This document shows positions 1 to 11,418 of a stretch of 64,000 bases of DNA, in pieces. The notes beneath the pieces are model-generated. The model did not search any database. It was not told the origin of the DNA and saw only the letters and a list, made by a program, of their open reading frames with translations. The DNA is from Moniliella sp. 'wahieum' (taxonomy: Eukaryota): NCBI GenBank assembly GCA_003971905.1, contig RSEE01000030.1, positions 496,001 through 560,000 of the forward strand, read 5' to 3'. Positions within the stretch are counted from its first letter, which is position 1; every line of letters begins with the position of its first letter. Both the position numbers and the translations under genes were made by a program.

Positions 1-318
1 GTCACACGTCAGATCTCAGGATCTCAGAATCGGATCTGAGACACAACAGTGACTGGGGAGCTTGGCTCTGCTCAGCCTGAGCGCTGAGGCTCAGCCCTCG
101 CTGCTGCTTCCGGGGGAATCGCCACGAGAGACAGCACTCGGGCCGAGGGCCGAGCAGTCGGTCCAGTGCTCAGGATCATCGATAATCGATCACTACTCGT
201 AATGCGTAACTTAAGGGCGTTGCAGATTCCAGGAGGACCACAAAAGCACCCGAGAAGCCAATAATGCTAACGTGCTGAAAAGTAGTCACCTCACTTCACC
301 TATGGACACGAGGAATGC

Positions 319-363
319 ATGGTGTATGGTGTATGGTGGGTGTATGGTGTATGGTGTATGGTG
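319..363. repeat. Heptamer microsatellite (TGGTGTA)n, about 6 copies with one interruption
   Basis: Direct read: atggtgtatggtgtatggtgggtgtatggtgtatggtgtatggtg. Confidence 0.85.
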
Positions 364-550
364 CACCTTTGTCCCATGGCAGCTGCTGCAGTGAGCCTTA
401 TGCCGCTTTTTCCGAACGTGTACAACAGTGCCGGCGGTTTGCCCTATTACTAGGAGGCTAGTGGTTGCCCATTGCTGCCTGGGGCTACTTCAGGCTACTC
501 CCTGGATTCATGGACATCATGCATAGGACGTCATGCGTTACTGATCCTTC

Positions 551-603
551 AAGCTTCAAGCTTCATCGATGATCATTAACACCATGCATCATGCATCATT
601 AAT
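551..603. repeat. 7-bp-period palindrome arrays AAGCTT-C-AAGCTT-C-ATCGAT and ATGCAT-C-ATGCAT-C-ATTAAT
   Basis: Direct read; hexamers at 551, 558, 565 and 584, 591, 598. Confidence 0.85.
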
Positions 604-2249
604 CATTCTTGAAGCTAAAAACTAGTCGCCAGTCTCAGTTCACCCTATTCTTAGTCCTCATTTCCTCCGCATGGTGGCTGTGGCATGTCCCACATGTCAT
701 GCATCACATATCATGCATCACTCCTAACTGTCACCTGTTGCGCATCTGCATCCCGCCACCCACATTGGTCACCGGCCCTTGGTCCCCGTTTTGCTTGTTC
801 CACATAGTGGTGCATAATGTTTGTCACACAACGGCATCTTCACACTTCATCACATGGGCCTCTGAAGTATTACTGAAAGTAGGGAGAAATAACACAGAAG
901 CGCTGCAATTCCTGGTAACCAGTAACGGTAAGCGGTAAGAGGTAGCCACCCTCTGTATCCACCATCTTTCTCGGCCTCCCGTGCCACATGCATCCTGTGT
1001 TATCCTTTCGCATAGACTTGTGTCGGGTTATGGAAAAAAGATGATCTAACGATCAACGTCCAACCTTCTGCATGATTTTCCCTCTCTCTTTTCGGCGATT
1101 TCAAGAAGCTGCCACCAACCATATTGGATGGAATAAGCCATCGGTTTTTTACCATCAACAGTAGCGCCAACAACATCAGAGCATTAAAAAAGCTAAGGTA
1201 TATATACAACGATGACTCTTCTGTAAATTGGGTACTTATTCCATCTCTTTCCTCGAACTATGCATTATACAGAGGTGGTGTGGTATAGGAAAGTACAGCG
1301 CATCAGGGCCGGCGAGGGCTATATCATAACTGTTGTGTGTATACTCTTCTCAGGTCTCCCACAACGTCTCTCGTCATCCGTTTGTCACGCAGTTCTTCTC
1401 GGCCGTTGTCACTGTGTTCTATATTATGCATGCAGGGTATATGGAGTAACTAGTATAATGATGCATGATGACGCGTTGGATTACCCGCTCTGCGCACTTT
1501 GATCTACATATCTACATGTCTACTTATCCCCTCCCTGCGGCCCATACGGGCTTCCGGGCTTAGTGTCAAAGGCTTTAAGCTCCAAGCTTAATGAGCGCTG
1601 AGCTTCGAAGTCCCAAGCGTCTGTTGACATGGACTTGAAAGAGGCCAGGGCACACACTGTTTTTGTCCAAGGTGGCTCATATTCAATATTCTGAGTGTCT
1701 CGCCGCTTGCCGCTGTGGTACCTGATGTATAGTAGTACGCTGACGCGGGGCACTGAGTACTGATATGGATGGGCCTCCACAAACATGTTACACGTGAGGC
1801 TGAGGTAGGAGGCCTGAGGCACACAATCCTGTGAATACTGAATGCGACAACGCTATCACCCGTTGTAATAGAACGCATGAGATTTCTGTTTGCTTCAAAA
1901 GAGCATTCTCTTCGGTCCCACTCAGGAATACAAGAAACAAACTATCTGAGACAAAGCTGAAAACGAGAGATCGCGTGACGCGTGGTGCTTGACGCTGAGA
2001 CGAGAATAGTTTGCTAGGCCTTGGGCCAGTCTCCCACCCTGGTCGGTCTTTCGTACGTACTCGTTCTTCTGCCTAGGGACCACAGGTACGAAGATCCGAT
2101 GCCAGGAATGCGTTGCGAATGCAGCTGCGTGGTAAGATAGTGACACGGTTTTGTTTGTTAGGAAGGGTGATGCGGGTGATGCGTGTGGGACAGCGCAGCA
2201 CAGCCACGATCTGCCTTAAAATTAACGTTTACATATTTGCATGTTTCCA

Positions 2250-2620
2250 TGTAAATTTAAAGTTGGCGACGTAGTTTGGGCATGCAACATGGAACTGGTA
2301 AAGCGCTAACGCATAGCGCGTAACGCGTAACGTGTAACATGTAACGTTTGAATGCGCGGGCCTGGGCGGACAAGGCCTCTGCGCTACGCCCGGCGCTGAG
2401 CCTTCCAGCTCAAGGTGACCTCAGTTTCACTGTAGTGATGAATGATCAACGATGCATGATGCATGATGCATGATGCATGATGTGCATGAGTATGGCCGGT
2501 GACCGGTGACCGGTGACCGGCCGGTGACCTGTCGCATGGCACTGTCACACATCACACATGTCACATGTCGTGCCACATTTGGTGCATTGGCTAACAGCAT
2601 TGCGCGTTACGCGTTACGGA
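2250..2620. repeat. Cluster of 7-bp-period palindromic arrays
   Basis: ACGCGT-A-ACGTGT-A-ACATGT-A-ACGTTT (2323-2349), (ATGCATG)x4 (2452-2479), (ACCGGTG)x3 (~2496-2520), ACATGT-C-ACATGT (2556-2568). Confidence 0.85.
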
Positions 2621-2749
2621 TTTCCGGCTCTAACATCTATAGCAGGCGATAACGTTTCCAAACGGTTTTCAGAACAGAGCTCAGAGAAACCCGGTGACCG
2701 GAGACTGGGGATGTCCGATGTCCGGCACAGGTGTGGCTTTTTTAAGATG

Positions 2750-2876
2750 TGGGACGAGGTCAACTCTATGTTGTGCCTGGCGCATGATGCACATGATGCT
2801 GTGGCATATTGATGGGACGAGTTCTACAGTATTAGGTTGTGCCTGGCGCATGATGCACATGATGCTGTGGCATATT
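2750..2876. repeat. Local tandem duplication of about 65 bp with a 41-bp identical core
   Basis: gttgtgcctggcgcatgatgcacatgatgctgtggcatatt occurs at 2770-2810 and 2836-2876, each preceded by tgggacgag. Confidence 0.9.
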
Positions 2877-3482
2877 TTCCCGTCGAGTCTCGTATAAGGA
2901 AAAGATATGATCGAGGGTTAATATATTCACCCCACACTGGTGCTAGAGAGGGTAGTGCTAGGGTTCACCTGCACTCTCTCAAATGGATCGGTGACGCTCG
3001 CTGGTTCGGGTGATTCGCCCCTTTTGCGCAGAGGCTGCGCCACCCCTTTGTCTGTTCCGACTTGCTTGCCTGCTCTTATCTTCTTCCCTTCAGCTTGCTG
3101 GACTTTTGTGGCTGACTGCCCTGCCTTCTTGCACGCCTTGAAGCTCATCTCTCGTACTGCCCATAGCGTTCCCTAGCCGCACTCCAGCAACTGGGTCTGA
3201 TGTGTAATACAAAATGCATATGAAATGCTCTCCGGTGAAAATTTTGGAGCCCCGTAGGGGAGGGCCAACCACAAGAACATATGTATGGCAAGAAGCATTT
3301 ATAGACCAAAATAGTAGTACCCCAGCACATCCCGATGAGAGGGGGCTACTAAAAGTATTGATTATGAACGTTAAACTAAGCAATTGATGGCGTTCTGGGG
3401 GACAGTGGGGCCGAAAGGATGCGAGTTTTGACTATAAAATTAAGGTGTAACTCGATCTTCTGTTGTGATTCTGTATACTGCA

Positions 3483-3552
3483 TCCATGTCATTGACAGAG
3501 CTTAAGGCTGGAACAGGGAAACGCTGCGTCTAAACGGAACCGTTCATCTTGC
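3483..3552. repeat. Dispersed ~70-bp direct repeat, copy 1 (copy 2 at 5746-5817)
   Basis: tccatgtcattgacagagcttaaggctggaacagggaaacgctgcgtctaaacggaaccgttcatcttgc aligns by eye with the 5746-5817 segment. Confidence 0.75.
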
Positions 3553-5745
3553 GGGAGTTACTTGGTAGCGCCACCAAGGTTAAGGAACCAGGGATATCGC
3601 TAGGATATCAGCACACAGGACGCGACAATCAAAAAGGTAAAACTGGTACATAAAGAGAAAAGATAAAGGAAATGGGCAATCTTAGTATGAGAGAGTCAAG
3701 CGAAAGATGAAAAGGGGTGAGGATGAAAATCAAACGTCCCGAGCGTCCGTCGTACACTGCGTTTGTTCACAAAATCTCTGTCCACACACAGTGTGGTAAA
3801 AAGAGACTCATCTCCCGTCGTATTAGCTCTATTACATGCCATTAGATAGCCCTGAAGCTCCATTTTGCATTAGAACTAATGAAGGCACTGCAAGGGAGCT
3901 TCGGCCTGACAACAAATAACAAATCCTGAAGCTCTCTGTAGGCAACCCACGTTTCACACTCTGTATGGTCCCACTCCGAGAGGAAAAACGAAGAGTCCTG
4001 CAGTAGGCCGCAGTGCGCATATGCTCGTTAATATCTCATTCGCATATTAACAGTCTCCTGGGAGAATGCGGGCTCTGTCCAACACGTTCCATATGCCATA
4101 TCCATCTCCCCTCAATCAAAGGGTTTTCAGGCTATAAAAATAAAAGGCTTTTCACCAAAAGTCTCTGCCTGTGCTCTTTTCAACTCTAAAAATCCATGCC
4201 GAGCCTCTCCACAGGCATGCATGAATAGTGTGGGTTGTTTGTACACGCGCTGTCATAGAGTTGACGTTGTTCGGTGGCGCTTCTAGCAGCAAGCCCCATC
4301 TCAGGTGGCCCGCCACAACGCCTATCGACTATATATGATGAAAAGTACAACCATATATATAGGCAGAAGCGCGTCATTCTTAACCATTTATTGCTGCCTG
4401 ATCGATCTGATCGATCCGTCACATGATGCATCACATTCATCACGAGCATCACGGATGGACCAATCCCGAGAGGATGAACTAGTGATATTGATACTGCCTT
4501 TGTGACAAGCACCTGTCACTGTGCTTGTGATCCTTTTTGCAAATAAATAAATGCAAGACATGTCTCTGCCAGCTTTTTGCAGGTAAGCGGGTGAGCGCTC
4601 GCTGAGCGCGCAGGCGGAACATCAGGTACATCAGGCCTGTTGACCTTCAGGCGCTGAAGCCTCAGGGCATCGGGGTCTCATCAGTCACTAGTCACCTCAG
4701 ACCAGCAGACCAGGCCTCCGAAAACTCTCCTTAAAGCTTGAAGCTCGAAGCTTTCAAGTGAGCGGTCACATAATGGTCACATGATGGGTCACACGTTCGA
4801 GAACTACATATATACGAAGACACATACAAGTACTTTTCCCTTCGACTGTACCATGTCACAACTGGGGCTACGCGAGAAAGATCAAGCTCGTATCAAATGG
4901 GAGGTTAGCAACATTGTTCGGGGGAGGAAACGGGAGGCGTAGGGAAGGCAACAAAGGGAAAGGGAAAGGGGAGAGCGAGAAGCTTGGTATGCGCGCAGAA
5001 TTGGAAATTGGAGAGAGAGGTTGAGTCTCATTCGGTGAGACATCGACTTACTAATAAATCTTTTGCTGCAGCCCAACGTGGGCCTCTGATACCCGTGTGT
5101 TGAAGTGTCAGAAAGTAGCAAGTGAATAATGGAGAGAGAACGATGGATGGCACTACTACTGACGAAGAGAGAGAAACACAGGAGGTGCTTTGGAATGAAA
5201 GAACAGGGTATTATATGTATATAGTCGAGAGAACCGCTGAGAATAGATAGAGTCGTCCGCACCATGACTAATGAGAGAAAAAATGGGATATATATGAAAG
5301 CGAGCCCAGTTGGCGGATTGTGGAAGTGAGGAAGCCCAGCTCACGGCAGCGGGGGTAGACAAGAGATGAAAGACAGGACTAGGATAGTCGTCACAGGAAA
5401 CAACGAGGAATAAAAGCGAGAAGAAAAGGCAAAAATATGAAAACGAAAAAGGCGGAAACAGAGATACTGAAGAGATGCACATCAGTGGTCAGAGAACACA
5501 TTTGGTTAGGGAAATACCAGAATGAAGATGACTCCTTAAGTTAAGACCACTCCGGGCACATATCCATCCAAAGGCATAATCGAACACCACCCGGAGTCAG
5601 AGAAAGTACAGAAGGAAAGTAAAAGTTGTGGTGAGAACAGATCCAAACACTCCAAATTCACTTATACCACATCACTTTCAACAACACACTACGCAAGATA
5701 TACCATTGTTGACACACATAGATGAAGGGGTGGTATGTAGTAACT

Positions 5746-5817
5746 TCCATTCATTGGCAGACTTAAGAAGGCTGGGACAGGGGGAACGCTACGTCTAAAC
5801 CTAACCGTTCATCTTGC
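5746..5817. repeat. Dispersed ~70-bp direct repeat, copy 2
   Basis: tccattcattggcagacttaagaaggctgggacagggggaacgctacgtctaaacctaaccgttcatcttgc. Confidence 0.75.
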
Positions 5818-6102
5818 TATATATACCCTTTCGGTGCACACATACCCCTGCCTACTATGAACTACCGCAACGGAATTTTGGGTAGATGACATTTGATGGG
5901 GCCCGCTATATCGTTTCAGGGCTGCGGACTGAACGGCCAGCCTGCTTCGCAGGACAAAGGGTTCAAGATTGGATTTGCTGAATGTTACCGACGGTGAGTG
6001 GCGCGAGGGGATGAGTAGGTGTTGGGGGACGAAGTGCGTATGAGAGAATCACAGCTAATAGAAGGAGGGAGAGGCAACAAGTCCTCATACGCGTCGAGCA
6101 AT

Positions 6103-8756
6103 TCAGACGAGGGCGGCGGGGAACTGATCAGCTGCTCTAGCGGGGACTGCTTTGGCCTGGTCTTTTGCGCAAGAAACTCGTGTTAGTGACCCCCCCCCAA
6201 GAGCGGCGGAGTGCAGAGTAGAGCGATCGTGAGTGGGGGAGGGGCACCTCCTTGGTGAGTTGGTAATGTTGTCTGTCCGCCGGCGCAACTGTTGTGCAGG
6301 AGAGGTCACCCGGCCCATAGATCCCAGTCAATTTAGGGGGTGAGGTGATGGTGAGCTCAGAGGCAAGTTCATCCACTTAGATCGGTGTTGGTAAGGGGAC
6401 GGAGGTGCCGCAGGCATGGGAAGGGAGAAACCTGATGAAGAACTCTTTCGAGCACTGGAGTTTTCAGCAGGCAGAAGATCAATAGAAGGCGGCCTTTTCT
6501 CAATTTCATTGGGTGTAAGCGCTCGAAGTGGGGATCGGTTTGTGACAATTTCATCAAAGTGCAAGTGATCATCCCCCATATACAAGACATAGAGGCTGGT
6601 AAGAGAACCCAGTACACCTACATCCGCGTAAAGGGAGACAAAAGTTTCCGTGATGGGAATTGACTGTGGAGTGTTCCATAGAAGGGCGAGGATATACGCG
6701 CATACCATCACGATGGCGAGAAATCCAAGATAGGCCTTGTGAAGCATTGTGAAGATCATGTGTATGTTGCATTGCAACTGATCTGTTTCCGTGAAGCGGT
6801 TGACCACGAGGCGGACGAGGAAGGCCCAAAGGAACGTCATAGACAATGCAGGGCCCAAATTCTTCAGGTGAGCCACTTGCAGAAATAAAGAAGCGCATGT
6901 CGCCGCTACGAGTGTGACAAAGGCATTGCCGTGCTGAGCTGTAAGAGGTGCCAAGTATGTGGCTGGGGTTGTGAGCCTCAAAAGAGTTTGCTCGTCCACA
7001 ATCTGCCCAAATGCTAAGTGACAACCGGCACATAGTACCACGGAATGGACCAGTCCCGAGTATGACGGCCGTTGCGTCAGACGAATCAGAAAAGGAAGCA
7101 TCAAAAGAATGGCAACTACGGTGCAGAATGGGGGCTTAATCATGGGCAAGGCCGTTGAATCCCCATTTTTCGATGATAACAAAGTCCTGCTGGTGGACCA
7201 CAAGCCCTCTTCGTCCGTAACGAGGGATAGGATGACTTGCTTCCCAATAAGGAGGGTTTTGTTTGCAACCGAATACCACCTCTTCCATATACCTGGAGAG
7301 TTGAAGAGAGGAACCGAGGTTTCACGAAAATGTCGCTTCAATAGCATTTGCGCTTGCTGTGAGGACTGTCCCAGGGAGCCAACTTGATCGCCTTCATCCG
7401 AAACCACGGGGGGGCACATGAGCTTGATCCCAATTATCGTCAGGGAGGCAAAGAATGGAAGTACGATAAAACGGCAAGCGTTACGCCCGCTCTACGGATC
7501 CCACCACCAAGGCGGTGCGTTGCTTCATCCACCTAGGGAGCATGATGTTTGTACGAAAAAGGAATATCAGTATAGGGGAGCAAGCCAAACGAAGCCGGGG
7601 CTGAGGTTGATCAGGGTAGATATCAGACCACCACAAAGCAATGAATGACCCTGTGTATTAGTCAAAAAGGTCGGTAAGTATGCATCTCATCATTCGGAAG
7701 GAATAACGGACTTGCCTCTCGTGCGGCCCACAAACACCAAAGTAGACCTCCTGCGAGGAAAGGCCCACTCAACGATAACGCGCTGATGCAGTTAGTGCTG
7801 AAGAACAGGTACGGCTGGAAGAGCAGAGCAGCAAGCAAGACGACGCGAATTTCTTGCCGCTCCCAAGTGTCCCGGGTGGGTGGAGTAGTCGAGATGGTTC
7901 TTGGAGCATGACAGCTTGAGGTAAGGCAAGATGTGATGGACGTGAGAGAGATGCTGGGATGCCATGATGGTTCAGCCCCTGCCTCGTCATCTAGATTGGC
8001 ATTATGCAACTCGTCCAACAGCCGGTCTCCTCTCTCTAGGCTTGTCCGGGATAGGGCCAAAGCTGCCGAAACGAGAACAACGTTGGAAGCGATCACCAGG
8101 ACACAGGCATATGTCTTTACTTGTGTGTGTCCTTCATCTCTTCATCTAACAACACGGCGAGCAGGTCAGGGAAAGCGAAGCGCATGGAGTGCATCAAAGC
8201 CCAATGGAACAGGACAGAGAGAGGGGGCAAAGTTGCGTCCAAGGTGGTTGCGAAACTTGGGCTCATGGGTGGAGAGGTGGCGAGAAGCAAGGAAGCGCGG
8301 TGCACGGCCAAGATATCTGGGTGAAACGAAGGCCAAAACTAATAACGCGAAAAATTATCCCTAGGACCATGCTAATCTCCCAAGACTGGAGCCGAAGCGG
8401 CGTGCTGGGTAACTGGTGTTGGAGGGAGGCGGGGAGGGGTTGCTTCTCTTTGCGCTTTGTCTGCCTGTCGGGTTCCAAGAGAAATAATGCCGTCTGGGCA
8501 TCGACTCGGGCGTTTTGTCAAGCTTGTCCACGAGTTGGCGTCATAGGTGGGAAGATGACGACGGTAGCGTTGTTGCTGCGAGCCAAGCTCGTTGTTCGCT
8601 CTAGTACGCCGATCCGGCAAGTAGGAAATAGATGCAGAGGTGCGCCGGCGCGAATGCTTTTCCGGCATTACTTTGGGTGGCAGATTCCTCGCCAGGCAAG
8701 GGAACTCCTGTTCCTCTTCTCTGATTTGGTCTGACACTGGCCCCAGCGGAACCCAT
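6103..8756 (-). CDS. Highly divergent ALG6/ALG8-family (GT57, GT-C fold) multipass membrane protein, closest in pattern to ALG8; frameshifted; ends approximate
   Basis: Joining frames gives colinear matches to ALG8 consensus blocks recalled from knowledge: DILAVHRAS (DFEVHRNW), LDATLPPLSVLFHWAL (LDYPPFFAYFEW), VIASNVVL, LINLSPGFVWLAPPILIFLFR (LLNFKHIYLYVAPAYFVYLLR), QMLLKRHF, SPGIWKRWYSVANKTL (APNFWALY..DK.L), LPMIKP, LCAGCHLAFGQIVDEQTLL (LCA..SFLFGWHVHEKAIL), VSLYADVGVL. Many hydrophobic segments. Confidence 0.65.
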
Positions 8757-10040
8757 GGCCGCCGTTCCAGTTGAGGCAGAGACTTGTGCTTCTGATGCTG
8801 CATGTTTGTGCGGGATGGGGATGGAGAAGAGTTGGCTGAGGAAGGAGGAAGAGAGGGAAGGCAATAAGCCAGCTAAGCGGTGTGCTCGGATATGACAAAA
8901 AGGGGTGCTGCGGACGTGAGAAAAGGGGTGCTGCGAAAGGAGGGGCAATGCGCTATTTTGCCATGCAGTGGACGCTTTAGTTGTCCACTTGTTACCCTAC
9001 TGCGATGTGTACCGAGGCGCACAGGCGTTAATTATTAACCCCTACAACGCGACAAACGTACGGCAGCTGTGCCCTGTGCACGGACCCTTACGGTCGGTAG
9101 CACAGCCTGGCCAACTCGCCGCTATTCTCGCACTTGCCCCGCCTAACCCTCGGGAGCCTCAGGCGCCGAGGTATGCCTCAGTCAGGTCCCTCACACATCC
9201 TCCTCGGCCTCACCAGTCACCTATAGACTCTGCTGGTTTGTGCAGTATGCCTCCTGGCTCTTGGATTTGCTCTCTTGCGCCTAGTACGCTCTGCCACCCA
9301 ACCCCCCGCAGCACTACCTCCCCGCCTAGCTTTTAGCTCGCAGGCACAGCCGCAATCTGATGACAATATACAGCGAGGGCAACGAGAGAAGCAGCCACCA
9401 CAGCGCAGCAGCAACACACCACCACCATTGTAGGGGGGAAAGCACACATACTCCGTGTAGCAAAAGAAGCGTTGCTAAGCGCATTTTGGCGGACAGAGGG
9501 ATGGAAGGTCGGAGTACAGCCAAGAGTGGCGGGTACAAAACAAAAGGCGGGGAAAAGTACAAGACAGAACACACACTCGGCAGGCACACTGGGCAAGAGG
9601 CTCGTGGAGGGGACCATTGGCCAACACCTCTTCCCAGCTCTAGCCGGAGACCCTGAGTGTGCGCACGAGAGGAGGCATACAGAGCGAGCAGCACAAGGAC
9701 GGGCCCGTGCCAGGTTGGGTTGGACATGCAAGAATGCATCCCATTTCAAGGCCGCGTGTGGGAGCGTAGGCGTACACGTGAGGGCGGGAGTGGAAGTATT
9801 TGCGTATGCACAACCGGTGGATAGCTCGTCGGGCCAGGCAGAAACAGGATTTTGGTAAGGTCCGACACCGCGGGAAAGCAGGGTGGAGAAGGAGCGATGA
9901 GGCATAATAAGAAAGGGGAACGATTCGGAAACAGATGATGGGGGGTAGGATGAAGGATGGAAACATAGACACAAAAGGGGAACCCGTCACATAGCTTTAA
10001 CCGATTGGCGCCCCGCTTCCTTCAAAAGGAAGGTCACAGA

Positions 10041-11375
10041 TCACGCACCCACTCCCTCAGAGTCGAACATGGAGGAACCAAAGTCAGCGCCGTCAAGGTC
10101 AAAGAACCCAGCATGCTCTCCAGTTGCTCATCAGAACCACCCATGTCGCCCAACCCAGAAAACGAGAAGCCGGTTGAATTTGGTGCCGGGGCCAACCCAG
10201 TCCCGTCATTAGAGGGAACCGCAGCTGGTGCGTTGGCAATATCGGCTGCCATCGAGGCGGCCGGATCCTTTGTATTGGTGGAGGAGCCCGACGTGGCAGT
10301 GGCATTGAGCATTGCATCTGCAGTCGAAAGGGTGTCCATTGACCCAGGAGGGTGAGCGGGCGTGGCACCAGAAACATCGAAGGTGGGACTCCCTGAAGGT
10401 GGTGGGTTTGAAGCGAGAGCTGGGCTCGACGACGTCCCCGTACTTGTCGAATTGTCTGCTTGCCGCCCAGACTGCGCTTTATTTGCAGTCGTCTTGGTGG
10501 AGCCTTTGCGGGCGCGGGCGGCGGGTCTACCTTTCCCACGCGATGCAGTATCCGATCTGCGAGTAGATACGTGACCAGCCAGAGGCCCAGAGCCGCCAGG
10601 GGTAGCTGCCACGCCGGGTGATGCAGTGTTAGGCCCAATTGCGCTTGCGGAGACTGTGCCATTCCCTGGCCCGTCGCTGGGAGCGGTGGGACCATCAAGG
10701 GTGCAGATTGCTGTTGTCCCTGTCCCTGTCCCAGCCTCATTTGAGCTTCCCCTTGAACAGAGCTGGGTGCATCTCCTGGACGGCCAACCCCCGCCGCGAG
10801 AACTTGCTGCTCACCAGCGCCAGAGTAGAACTCCGACATTTCCTGCATCGGCAACTGTTCCGCACCAGCCTGGGAGCGTCATCGCCTCCAGCTCCTGCAA
10901 CCGAGCGCGATACACGCCCACCTCAGCATATGCTTGCTGCGACACCTGCTCCGATGTCGCTCCCTGGGCCCGGGAAAGCTCCGCTTTGATGGCCGCCTGG
11001 AGTTGCTGCACCTGGGCAAGCATCTGCATCCGGTTCGCAGGCATACCAGCTGATGCGGCCCTGCTATGCGGGGCAGATGGAGCACCCCCCTGGTTGGAAG
11101 CCTGCATAAGCTGCCCCACTTGAGCAGACGACGCCCCGGAGTTCTTGCGTTGTTGGGCGCCATCATAGTCATTCTGCATGGGCAGCCCCCTGAAGAGCGG
11201 TGATTTCAGCATGGTGTTTTTGTTGCTGCTGTTGCTGCTGCTGCTGCTGCAGTAGTTGTTGCTGCTGTAGTCGATGCTGCTGCAACTGCTGCTGTTGTAG
11301 TTGCTGCTGCTGCAACTGCTGCTGTTGAAGTTGCTGTTGCTGTAGCTGCTGCTGCTGTAGTTGCTGTTGCTGTAG

Positions 11376-11418
<43 letters not shown>

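Noticed and set aside
551..603. Synthetic polylinker or vector contamination (HindIII, ClaI, NsiI, AgeI, MluI, SpeI sites)
   Set aside because: The sites are repeated, degenerate, restricted to A...T palindromes and scattered through natural intergenic DNA, with no vector backbone.
2750..2876. CRISPR-like repeat-spacer
   Set aside because: Only two copies, the intervening DNA is itself partly duplicated, the context is eukaryotic and no cas genes are present.
6328..7419. Pheromone receptor (STE3) or mating locus
   Set aside because: No STE3 motifs and no CAAX-ending pheromone ORF found; the pattern fits ALG6/ALG8 better.
9217..9990. Overlapping 100-213 aa ORFs between the ALG8-like and LUFS genes
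   Set aside because: No recognisable motif; probably UTR or intergenic sequence.
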